Part shown: one piece after another, positions 24,919 to 36,442 of the stretch
Numbering within the stretch: position 1 is the stretch's first letter
Layout: every line of letters starts with the position of its first letter
Source of the DNA: Cyanophora paradoxa CCMP329
Taxonomy: Eukaryota > Plantae > Glaucophyta
Direction of reading: 5' to 3'
DNA length: 64,000 nt
Assembly: GCA_004431415.1 (NCBI GenBank)
Contig: QPMI01000601.1
Span: forward strand, 248,001 to 312,000
Notes under the pieces: generated by a model
Told to the model about the DNA's origin: nothing
Database searches by the model: none
What the model saw: the letters and a program-made list of their open reading frames with translations, nothing else
Position numbers and translations under genes: made by a program

Positions 24919-26024
24919 ATATTATCGACTGGAGATCCCGCTGCACATGTACATGTACAGCGCGCATGCGCAGCTGGTGGGCTTCAAGCAGCTCATGATC
25001 ATGATCAGTCCGACCTGCACGCTCCTGGAAGGGGTCGAGGACAAATTAATGCCCTTAAATTTAAATCCTTCACGAAAGCGAAACTATCGCCGCTGAGGCA
25101 TGCATATGGACGTGCAAATGGGCATCACCTACCATATTGATCGCGCGAAACGCGATCGATGTGCATATGCATGTGGACCGGATCTGCGCGCGGGATCCAT
25201 TCGAATTCTTGCGCGCGCGAATTCGCAGCGCAATCAAGCTTTAAGCTCAATCACGCACGAGTCCGTCTCCTCCGAGTTCTCGTACGCGCTCTCGAATTCC
25301 GTCGATCCGCCAGCGCTGGCCTTCCGAATTCGCTGCTGCAGCTGGCCGGAAAATCCGAATGCACGTGCACGTGGGGGCTCGAGGTGTGGTCGCGATCGAG
25401 CTTAAGGGGAATTTCGAAGCTTAAGGGGAACTTTGGAACGGGAGAAACAGAGGCACGTGCACGTGCACGTCGACTGGCTGATGGGGATCCCCGGAAAAGG
25501 GTTCGGGATAAAATGGCTAAAAAAGGGATGGGAGGGGGATGGAGGGGGGATGAGGGCTAGAGAATTCGAAGATCCACTTATATACCTGTATATATATACG
25601 TACGAAGTTATATGCACGCATGCGCACATGATTCGTACACGTGCACGTGCATCTTCGAAGTTTGTATATATATATGTATTGGCCCGAGCCCGATCGCGCG
25701 AGCTTGGCCCGAGATTGACGGACAGATGAAGCGGTTGCCGCGGCGGGGGAAGGGGGTGTGGGGTGGGGGTATGGGGGCGGGGATGATGAGGGACGGGGAA
25801 CACGTAAATGGGGAATGCCTCTCGGGACTAGCACAAGCGTGCGCGTGTTGCAATGGCAGTTGTGCTCGAAACTGCAAAGACTGATGTGTTCCTTTTTTGA
25901 TTACATCAGTCACGGGATCCTTCGTTCCTTTTTAGATTACGGGTGCTCCAAGGGGGGTGGGGGCGGGGAGGAGGAGGGAGGGGGAGAGGGAGGAGAAAGG
26001 GTACAGACTCGAGAAGCTAAACGA

Positions 26025-28478
26025 CTAATCGGCAAACAGGTCGTAGATGTCGATGGGGGCCGCCCCCTCCTCCGCCCCCGCCCCCCCCGCCGCGGGACCC
26101 GCTCGTCCCGCCTCCTTTGCCGCCGCCCGCTCCTTCAGCGACGGGTGCAGGTTCTCCTTGCTCGCCTCCTGCCACGTAGTTAGAAAGGCGAGGGTGCGTG
26201 CGGGGGCGGGGGGCGGGGGCTGGCCTGGGGCCGGAGGGGGTCGACGCCGACCCGCGCGAGCACCGCCGCCATGTCCGCCGGCACCGGCGCCCTGGGCCCG
26301 CCCCGCCCCGTCGCTTCCAGGCGCGGGGGCGGGGCGAGGGGCGGGCGGGGGCGGACGCGATGTCGAGGGGCCCGAGGGCGGGGTCCACGGGGTGCGGCAG
26401 CTGCAGGCGGTACGCGTGCAGCATCTGCCGCGGCGCCAGCGCTGCGCACGCGTACGCCCCCCGCGCCGTCAGAGGGGCGGGAGAGTGCGCGCGGGGCGCG
26501 GGGCCGGACAGGAGTAGCGCTTGTTGAAGGCGGCGGAGCCGTAGAGGGGGTCCCCCAGCACGGGGCAGCACTTCGTCGCCAGGTGCACGCGGATCTGGTG
26601 CGTCCTGCCCCCAGCCCCGGCCCTCGGGACCAGACCAGTCCAACTTTAAAGGGCGGGGGCGGCGGACCGGCCGGTGGCGATGGAGACCTCGAGGGCCGAG
26701 AGCTGCGTCCGCGGCTCGTACCTGCGCGCCCCCGCCGCCCCTCAGAGGGGAGGGGAGGAGAGGGGGCGGCGGGGGGTACCGGATGCGGCGGAAGGCGGTG
26801 AGGGCCTCCCGCCCCCCCTCGTCCGTCGGCACCACCGACATCTTCTGCCGCTGCACCTGTACCCCCCGGGGGCCCGGCCGCGGGATCAGGGGACCGGACC
26901 AGGCCGGGCGGATCGAGACGCCGCGCACGGGGTGCCGCCCGATGGGCGCGTCGACCGTCAGGATCTGCGGGGCGAAGCTGAGAGGAGAGGAGAGGCGGCG
27001 GGGGCGGGCCTGCGGGGGGTACGGCGGCACCTGCCCGTCGTGCTCGGCCGGCGTGGCCGTCGAGACGACCGCGAGGTACGTCTTCTTCACCTGAGCCAGA
27101 GGCTCAGAGGGGGTGGGGGGGGGATTGCATCGCGGGGGGTACCAGGCGGTCGTGGAAGAGGCGCATTAGCGCCTGCTGCGCGGCCGCCGTCTTCGCCACC
27201 AGGAGGATCCCTGTACCCCGCCGCCCGGCTCGAGAAGGGCGCAGGGCTCGAAGTGCGGGCGGGCGGGCACCGCTCGTCTCCTTGTCGAGGCGGTGCACGA
27301 TGCCCGGCCGCTGCGGGTACGCGCCCCTCAGCCGGGGTACGGGCGGAGGGGGAGCGGGGGCTGGGCTCGCCAGCGCGTGCAGGGCCGCCGATCCGTCCGC
27401 CCCGCCGGCGCCGCCCGCCACCGCACCCTCCTCTGCCTCCTCCTCTCCCTCCTCGCCCACCGGCGCCACTGCGCTCGCCCCCGTCAGGCGCGCGTACCCC
27501 ACAGCGCAGGGCGCAGGGGGTACGGCGTACCCGGGGCGGGCTCCACCCCCGCCGCGTAGTCGCGGAACAGCGGAGCGTCCGCAAAGTAGTGCAGAAGCGC
27601 GTTGACCAGCGTACCCGTCCAGTTGCCTGGGGCCGGGTACGGGTTGAGAGGGGCGGGGCGGGGGAATGTAGCTCGGGCACGGAGGGCTCGCCTGCAGAGG
27701 GGTGGACGCACATGCCCGCCGGCTGCGCGGGGCGGGTGAGGGGATGGGGCGGGCGGGGGAAGAAGCCGGGCGGGGGTACCTTGTTGACGGCGATCATGTG
27801 GTCGTCCTCGTAGAGGACCTCGAGGGGTATGGCCTCCGGCTCGGCCCGCAGCGGCCGCGCCGGCACGAACCCGACCTGCGCGCGCGTGAGCTCGCCCGCG
27901 GGGTGCGAGGGGGCGGGGCGAGCGGGGCGGCGCGCCTCGAGAGTGGCCCCGGCCTTGACCTTCTCGTTCTTCTTCGCGATGGGCTGCCCGTCGAGCGTCA
28001 CCAGACCACCCGAGACGAGGTTCTGGAGGTACTGGCGCGAGTGCGACGAGAAGCGCGTCGCCAGGACCTGCGCGCCGCCGTGCGGTGGATCGAATTCGGG
28101 CCCGCGCGGGGATCGGGCGCGCGGCACCTTATCGAGCCGCTCTCCGTTCTCCTCAGGAGGCACTGTGAACGTGACGCGCTCCACGACCGACGCGCTGGGC
28201 GGCGGGAGCTGCGCTGCCGCTTCCTTCGAGCGCTTGCCGGCCTTGGCCTGCTTGCAGACGATCCGAGTCCGTTGGGTGCCACTGTCCGCCCCATCGGGCA
28301 TGGGAGCGCGCGTACGCGCGCCCCAGGCGCGCCCTGCCGCAAAGATCTGCCCGCGATCGCCCAGCCACGCTCGCCGGGGATCCCGCTGCGCTGGAACGCT
28401 TGTACATGCGCTTGATTGCGTGCTGCTTGCCGCGCAGGCTGCTCCGGGCGCCAGGGCAGCGAGGGCGATGAAGCTCAT
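26025..28478 (-). CDS. RluA/RluD-family RNA pseudouridine synthase with S4 domain, probably plastid-targeted, multi-exon
   Basis: Spliced motifs ERLDK..SRQYLQNLV, LEVLYEDDHMIAVNKPAGMCVHP, GTLVNALLH, PGIVHRLDKETSG, KKTYLAV, GRTHQIRVHL and QMLHAYRL. Ala/Ser-rich N-terminus starting MSF. Confidence 0.92.
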
Positions 28479-28728
28479 TTTTTTGCCTTCGACTGCTCCC
28501 CCCCTCCCCAGCTCCGTCCCGAGCTTCTAGGCTAGCGAGCTCGGAAAGTGTCGAGCAGGAGCAGGAGCGCAAGGTTGGCGGCTTCGCGCCCAGCCCGCCA
28601 ACTCCTGCCGCGCCCAGCTCGTGCAGACGCTGCATGCCGGCTGGCTCAGGGTTTAGCTAGAGACGCCGACCGACGCATCCGATCGCGATCCAACGAAAAG
28701 GCCGCTGGACGCTCTCTGTCGATAGCGG

Positions 28729-29948
28729 ATGGCCGACACGGACGCCGCGGCCGCGGCCGCTGGGCCGGGCGAGGGACACGCGGAGCCGCGCGACGAGCCA
28801 GCGGCGGCCGTGGACGGCGGTGAGAATCCGGGCGACAGCCTCCGCGAGAGCGTCGAGCCGGCAGTCATCGTCGAGCCGCGTACGGAGCGATCCGAGATCC
28901 GATGTGCGCGGGCGGAGCGGGCCGGCGCGCTGGGCGCTGAGTGGGAGCGCAGCGTGGATTAGCTACGACTGGGCGAACGCGAGCTACGCGACCTGCGCCA
29001 TCAGCGGTCCGCCCTCCGGCCGCCCCGGATCCCGCCCGTCTGAGCGCGGGCGGGGCCCCAGGCTTCCTCCCGAACCTCCTCAAGAACCTGGCCGACGGCG
29101 CCGCGGACGAGCGCGGGTACGTGAGCCTGGCGGGCATCCCGATACGGCCCGTCTCGTTCGCGACGGGGTCCATCGTCGTCTCCTGCCTCATCCAGGCCCG
29201 CCCCCGCGCCCCCGCCCCCGCCCCCGGATCGAATCGCGGATCGAATTCGAACGCCCGCGTGGCAGGTGGTGGTCTTCACGCTGTTCGGGGCGGCGGCCGA
29301 CTTCGGGTCGAACCGGAAGACGCTACTGCTCCTCTGCGCCGCCGCCGGCGCCCTCTCCACCTCCGCCCTCGTCTTCCTCTCCTCCGACTCCCTCTGGTGG
29401 CTCGCGTCCGCCCTCTACCCCTCCACCCCCCACGCCATCCCCGTCTCCTCTCAGCGGGGGTACAGGGGCCTGCTGCTGATCGTCTCGAACGTCGCGTACG
29501 GCTTCTCCCTCGTCTGCTTCAACGCCTTTCTGCCGTTGCTCGTCCGGAACCATCCCGCGGTACCCCCTCACCTTACCTCGAAGGGGCGCGGCACCCCCGG
29601 AGCGTTTTCTGATCAGTGGAGGGGGTGCCGGGCAGGTGCGGGAGGCGAAGGGGTCGGCGAGCAAGCGGGAGGCGTTCGAGAAGATCAGCAACCGCGTCAG
29701 CACGCACGGATTCGCCGCGCACTACCTCGCCGGCGAGCCCGTACCCCCTTCCCCCTCCCCCGTTCGCCTGATCGGGGGGTACAGGCGTGCTCTCCCTCGG
29801 GCTCTGCGTCCCCATCCTCATCGCGCACCAGGACAACATCAAGCTGGGGTATGCAGACTCTGGCCCTCTCCCTGCCCGCGCCCTCTATCCTCATCGGCCG
29901 CCAGATACCGCCTCTGCATGCTCATGTGCGGCATCTGGGTGCGCCCCG

Positions 29949-29982
<34 letters not shown>

Positions 29983-31508
29983 CGGTCGATCTGTTCCCCA
30001 GTGGTTCGCCTTCTCGATCGGGGTGGTGGTGTGGACGCGGGAGCGGCCGGGGCCGGCCCTGCCCCACGGCCAGTCTTACATCGGCGCCACCCTCCGCCGC
30101 GGTCCGGCCCGCATGCGCATCCCCCCACCGTCCCCCCCCCCCCCCGCCCCAACGCCTGGGCCAGTTCGCAACACGGCGAAGGAGATCCGGCGGCTGCCGC
30201 ACACGCTCCGCCTCCTCGTCGCCTACTTCGTCTACAGGCGCCCCGCACCCCCTCCCGCCCCTCCCCTCCCCCTCAACTCCCCCCCTCCCGCAGCGACGGC
30301 GTCTCGTCGATCGCGAGCCTGGGGTCCCTCTTCGCGGACGAGGAGCTCGGCATGAAGGGCCTCCACCTCGCCCTCCTCCTCATCGAGGCCCGCCCCGCGC
30401 CGCCCCCCCTCCTTAGCTTTCCCTTCCCCCCTCACCCGCGCGCCTCTGGGCAGGTGCCGCTGGCGGCCGGGATCGGCAACTACTTCTTCCTCGCCGTCAA
30501 CCAGCGCCTCGGCGTCCCCCCCAAGCGGGTCCGCCCCCCCCGCCCGGGCCTGAGGGCGGCGCCCGTCCCGTCCCGACCGCCCCGCCCCGCCCCCGCCCCC
30601 GCCCCCGCGGCTCAGGTGATCTTCATCAACATCGGCGTGCTCGCCTCGCTCCTCTTCTACGCCCTCCTCGGCCTCATCCCCTCCTGCCCGTGCGCCCTCG
30701 CCCGAGCCCGGGCCCGAGCGAGCGGGGGAGCGCGGCGCGATTCGTCCGGGGTACAGGATCGGCCTGAAGAACGTGTGGGAGATGTACGCCTTCGGCTTCG
30801 TCTTCGGGTTCAACCTGGGTTCGGCCCCCGGCGGGGCCCCTTCGTCTCCCGCCCCCGCGGGTTCGATTCTCGGCGCAGGCTCGATCCAGAGCTTCAGCCG
30901 GACGCTCCTGGCCGGCCTCATCCCGGACGGCTGCGAGGCCGAGTTCTTCGGTCCGCCCTTGAAGCTTTCCCGCGGAGAATTCGATCCGAGGGAGATTTGA
31001 TCCCCGCGCCGCAGGCTTCTTCGAGGTCACCGACAAGGGCAGCAGGCGCGCGCCCCCGCCCGTGGCCCCTTTTCTATCCTCCGTTGCGAGGCCGAACCCC
31101 CCGCAGCCTCGTCGTGCCCAGCATCGCCACCCTCATCATCAACCTCTCGGGCGAGGTACCCCCCCTCCGCTTCTCCCCCTTTTCCTCCTCGCCACCGCGG
31201 AGAGCCGCGGCAGATCCGCCTGGGGATGATCCCCGTGCTGGCCGCCTTCCTCATCTCCGTACCCGTCCTCCGCTCCGTCGACCTCGAGGTCCGCCCCCCC
31301 CGGGGGGGGAATGAGTCGCGCCGGGGTACGCCGACCCTCCCTGGCGCCGCTCGCAGGCGGGCCACAGGCACGCGAAGGCGGCGTCGCGGTACCTGCGGGA
31401 GGGGGACGAGGAGGAGGGCGGCGCGGCGGGCAGCGCGGCGGGCGGCGGCGGGGCCGGCGGGGGGGGGCGGGGCCCGCGCAGGGCGACGTCCCCCTCAAGG
31501 AGGTCTAG
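28729..31508 (+). CDS. MFS transporter of the UMF1/Atg22 family, about 19 exons
   Basis: WISYDWANASY, GAAADFGSNRK, FNAFLPLL, AYFVYSDGVSSI, GSIQSFSRTLLAGLIPDGCEAEFFGFFEVTDKGSS. The stop is approximate because of a G-homopolymer ambiguity near 31460. Confidence 0.9.
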
Positions 31509-32093
31509 TCTAGATCTAGTCTATTCCGGTTTGCACATTGTGCCGAATATACAGGTCCTCGCTTTTTTGTTTCTGTCCCGCCGCGGCGCCCAGAGCACTC
31601 GTTTGATCTGCCTAATTACGTAAGGGACCAGCCGCGACGGCGATCTAATTTGATCTTTTGTGCACTCGATCGCGACCATGTCCCCTTAGTCGTGTCCGGC
31701 CACCCCGCGCGCACGTGCACCACCGACGTCGACCGACGCTGAACTGAGATCATTATTTCTGTCGAGTACTAGTACTAGTACTGGTTCAATATTTCATCAA
31801 TCACAGAGCATTGAAAGTATTGTACAGCTGCGAGGATTGCACTAACGTATACTATTTCCAATAAGTTACACGCTAAAACGAACTGTCTTGAAAGCGGTTG
31901 CTGGGCGCGCGCTACGATGGCTGGGGTGGTTGCGGGGAGACCCGCAAGCGGGCGACGGGCGGAGGTCGAGGATGCAGGAAGCATTGTACAGTCCACAGGA
32001 CGGCGGGCGAAGGCGAACTACAGGATCCCCCGGCAGGAGGGGGGCACTAGCGATGCGAGCGATTCGAGGCGGGGCGGGCGGGGGGCGGCCGGG

Positions 32094-32641
32094 CTAGCAG
32101 GCGAGGACGGCGGGGGCGGCGGAGCCAAACATGCGCTCGGGGCAGAAGGCGCGCCGCGCGGCGAGGCGCTGAGCGGCCCCGACGGGGGCGAAGAAGGCGG
32201 GGCGGGGCGCCGGGGCCGGGGCGCCCCACTCGAAGGCCGCGAGTTCCGCCTCCTCCGCCTCCGCCTCCGCCGGCGCGGCGGCGATCGCCGCGAGCGCCGC
32301 CGCGAGGTCCGCCAGGCTCAGCGCCCCCGCCGCGGCCGCAGGCGCCGGGCTCGGCGCCGGCGCCGGCGCCGAAGAGGCGAGGCGGAGGGTGCGGGGCGGG
32401 CGGGGGCCGGGCAGGCGTCGTCGGCGGGGGCGGGGGCGGGGGCGGCGGGGGCGTTGCTGTCGGCGTTCTCCTTGCCGCGCTTGGCGGCCGGCATCACGGG
32501 CGCCGAGAGGCGCTTCTTGCCGGGGCAGGCGGGGGCCGGCGCCTCCGCGGCGCACGCCGGGAGGGCCCGCGAGCTACGGGAGCGCGCCGAGGCGAGCCCG
32601 GCGAAGGCGCCTTGGATCGGGAGCACATCAACGACGGCCAT
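32094..32641 (-). CDS. Paralog of the 40728-41264 hypothetical protein (frame broken or intron-containing)
   Basis: MAVVDVLPIQGAFAGL... and ...FCPERMFGSAAPAVLAC* lie in different frames. Confidence 0.5.
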
Positions 32642-33227
32642 GGCTGCTGGCGGGCTTGCGGGGCTCTCGGCTGGGCGCGGGGCGAGCGCGGCTGCTTGCG
32701 GAAGGCCGAGGGACTGGTGCTGCTGCTGCTGCTGAGCGAGGCTGAGGCGCTGATGCCGAACGAGGAATGAGCTGCGTCTGACCGCTCTCCGCTCTTTATG
32801 AGGGGGCGCGCGCGGCTAAGATCCTGTCTGCCGCGCGGCTGGGGTTTGAAAGGCTACTTCCTTAAGCTTTCGCGCGGACTCCAGCTGGCACACGCCCGCG
32901 CCGCCGCGCGCGACTCCGCGCCGATCTGACCGCCGAGGGGATAGGCGTGACGCCACGAGGGGATAGGCGTGACGCCACGAAGGATCCATACGGGCCATGC
33001 GCTCGCCGCCCATGCCAGATACGGTCTCCAAGCTTCTGAGGCGCGCCAGCCGCGCCCGCGCCAGAGGCCAGCGCGCCTATGCCGCGCATTGAGAACGAAG
33101 ATCTGCGCACAGCGCTAATAGGAGTCAGGCTCCGCTCGGAGGCGCGGCGCGCGCGGCTTGTCAAGCACCGCTTCACAGCCGAAAAAAAGCCTTCGGGGGT
33201 GTTGCAGTGGCGGGGTACAGTCGCGCT

Positions 33228-33589
33228 ATGCAGGTCGTCGCCCGCGCCTCGCGTCTGCGGCGCCGGCGTGCATGCGCAAGCCAAGGTGCTGAGGATGCGG
33301 CGCGCACGCGCAGATCGCAACTTGGAGCAGCTTCGTAGACGTCGGGTTCTGGAGCGAGCTCGCCAAGCGGAAGCTCGAGCGCTACCGCGCGCGGCCGCCT
33401 GAACGATGAGGCGCGGCCACTGCACTGGTAGCTACGTTCGGTGCGCCGCCCGCCGGCGCTGTGCACTCGTCATGCATATGCCGGTGTCTGCGCATGCCGA
33501 GGCCTAGGCCTAGGGCTAGGCTGGCGCTTACAATTAAGCTTGCAATTGGCCATGGCAGCCGAGAGCATGCGCAACACAGCGCGTACGCG
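33228..33589 (+). pseudogene. ATG7 5' fragment (exons 1-2), decayed
   Basis: [21 protein letters not shown] with small insertions and no downstream exons. Confidence 0.85.
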
Positions 33590-34335
33590 TACAGCCGAGA
33601 GCTCGAGCTCGATCGCGAGCACGAGAGAGAGAAAACTAGATTGCGCGCTATGTACATGTACGTGTACACGTATACCGTGCACGCGCACGTGTGGGCTGCA
33701 CATGCGCGCACTCAGTGACTTGCAATTAATATTGCACGCGCCGGCGCGGGGGTCAAGTCATCTTGTAATCACAATAAAACATCAGCGCTAGAAAATATTA
33801 TATAGGAAATGGAGTTTGTTGCATTGACTATGTGAGCCAAGGACTCCGGGAAGCGAGAAAAGTATAGTATACGTGCCGGGAGTCTCGGAGCAAAACTATT
33901 CCCAATGGAACTACACGGTTGCTGAACAGAAAGAACTAGCACTAGCACATTTCACACAACACACCCAACTGATTTTGTGCACAAAAAAGACATTCTAAAT
34001 TGATTCGGATTGCCTGCAACTGGCGCCTCCACGGCGCCGGGGAGGAAGACCATCTGATCAAACGCAGAGAAAATCGGAGAAGACGATAAACGCGAACTGT
34101 ACTTCGCGTAAGAGTTCAAATGTACAGTTCTACAGCTAATTATAAGATGACGCATGTACTAAGCTGAAAGCCTATATCGCAGAAGGATCGAGAGGGCCAT
34201 ACACTGCATCAGGTATTGTAAAGCGATGAGGAGAGCAAAAACGCTCTGAGGGCTAATGCGCGAACGATACAACACGAGAGAGCCGATTGTAAATCACGCT
34301 GGAAAGCAGAAAGAGAGACCGACGCACAACGAAAG

Positions 34336-35740
34336 TTAAATCTGGGAGCGGGCTGGCGTTGGGCTCTCCTTGCCGTGCTGCCCCCCCGACTCCTGTGGGT
34401 GCAGGCGTGAGGGGAAGGGAGGGGGAGGGGGGGGGGGGAAAGCGCCGGCACCTTGGAGGAGGCGGCGCCGCGGGTCCTGTTGAGGGCGGCGAAGCGCCGG
34501 AGGGCGAGGGAGGCGTCGGGGGCCGCCCCCGCCGGCCCCGGCGGCGCGGCAGGGGTTACGGCCGCGTCGCCGGCGGAGGCGCGGCGGCGGTGGGGGGAGG
34601 GTCGGGGGCGGGGACGGGACGGGGGAGCGGAAGGTCGAGGCGGGGGGCAGCTGCAGGGCGCCGTCGGAGACGCGGCGGAAGAAGAGGGAGTCGAGGATGG
34701 AGAGGAGGGGGGCGGGGGCCCCCTCGTGCAGCGGCCCCGCCCCGGCGGCGGCCTCGGCGCCGAGCCGTCGAGAGAGTCGCGGGGCGATGTGGCGGCGCTC
34801 GAGGAGAGGGGCGACGGGCTGTGCGGCGCCGATGACGGCCCCGCGTCCGGGCTCACCTTGCCCCGCACCGGCGACCGCGGCGGGCCCCGCGCGTGCCGCC
34901 CCGCCGGCGGCGGCAGCCTCGCGGGGATGCAGCAGCCGAGGGGTACGCTGGTCGGCAGGAGCAGGCGCCGGCCGGCGCCCGCCGGGTCGGGGTGCGTGAT
35001 CGAGTCGTGGAGCTTGGCGAGGAACGCGGCGGCCCTGCGGGAGGGAGAGCCTGAGGGGGGCGGGCGGGGGAGGCGCTGGGCGGGGCCGCACGCGTCGCGG
35101 TCCTCGCCGGCCCAGCGCCGCCCGAGCTCCTCCATCATCCGCACGAAGCGCGCCTGCACGCGGGGCGCGCGTCGGGCCGAGCCCGCGCCCCCGGTGGGCG
35201 CCCGGGGGGCGGGGGACCTTGAGGACGGAGCGGCCGCCGCGGGCGTCGATGCGGAAGTCCGACGCCGCCTTCGCGCCGGCCGCCGCCTCGTCGTACGTCC
35301 GCCGCAGCGCCCGCGTCGTGCCTGCCGCCCGCCCGCCGTCGGCCCCCGCGTGCTGTTTTTGAGACGGCGGAGGGCGGGCCAGTTCTTACACTTGTAGAAT
35401 TCGGAGTACGTTGCGAGGGGCATGTCGGCGCCGCCGCAGGTGCAGGCGGCCCAGAGCTGCCGCCCCGTCGGTCAGCTCGATACGGCTGCGCATGCACCGG
35501 CGCGAACGCGGGGCTCGCCTGCTCGATCGTTTCGTCCATGGGTCGGGCCGCGGCGGCGCTGCTGGCCTCCGCGGCCGGCCCATACCGCTCCTCCGAAGCC
35601 GGCGACGCGGAGCGCGACGAGCCGCCGAAAAGCCGCCGCAGGCGCCCGAGGAGCGACGTAGGCCTCGCGGCTGGCGACGGCTCGCCTGCAGCCGCTGTGC
35701 CGGAGGCCTCGCTCCTCGGCTCGCTCTCCTGCGGCTGCAT
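34336..35740 (-). CDS. Hypothetical low-complexity protein, multi-exon
   Basis: ATG at 35740 (MQPQESEP...). Exon-like blocks ATYSEFYKCKNWPALRRL, FVRMMEELGRRW and AFLAKLHDSITHP are separated by typical short introns. No family recognised. Confidence 0.55.
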
Positions 35741-36442
35741 CTCCGCGCCTTCTGCGCTAATCGAGCCGGCGCTCACGGATCATTAGCCCGACGCGTACAG
35801 TCACGGCGTTCTCCAGCAAGCCTTGAAGCCTTAAGCTTGCAGGCGCCGGCGTTTTATGTCGAAAATGTATGCGCGCGTTGTCGGCGACGTCGACGCATTG
35901 CCGGCGCCGCATGCGCAGCCTGTAGGCTATTGCTGCTGCTGCTTGCGTATACGTATGCGCAAGCTCTTCTAAGGCTTTCAAGCTTTTCAAGGCCGCAATT
36001 CGCAACGCCCGCGCAACCTTGTCCGACGGTCCCGCCGCTCCCGCCGCAGCTGCAGCCTAGCTGCAGTGCTGCACTTTGGCCGGCCGCGGCCTGTAGGCTA
36101 CAGCGGATATTCCTGTACCCGGCAACGCAAAGTCACCGTGACTCATCATAGTCTCGCGATCGCGAATTGCGCGAGCTTGTAATTTTTTTGCTATTGGGAG
36201 ATTCAGGATTTTCATGAATCATGATTCATGATTATCCAGCTGCAGCGCTAGCCGCAGAAAAAGATTTCGATTACGTACCCCAAACTGCTTATTCGAAGTT
36301 AAAATCCAGATGCGAGCTAGCGCTAGATTTCCGCTAGATTTCCGCTCACCGCCGCTCAGTGGGCGCTCACACCGAGTCACACGCCGCTAGCGCTAACAGG
36401 CTAGAGAAAGAGTTGAATTCGAATGACAAGCTAGAACTTAGC

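Larger units (their letters stand above)
31931..33589. repeat. Inverted segmental duplication of 39848-41431
   Basis: Reverse-complement identity along ~1.6 kb with scattered substitutions and small indels. Confidence 0.95.
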
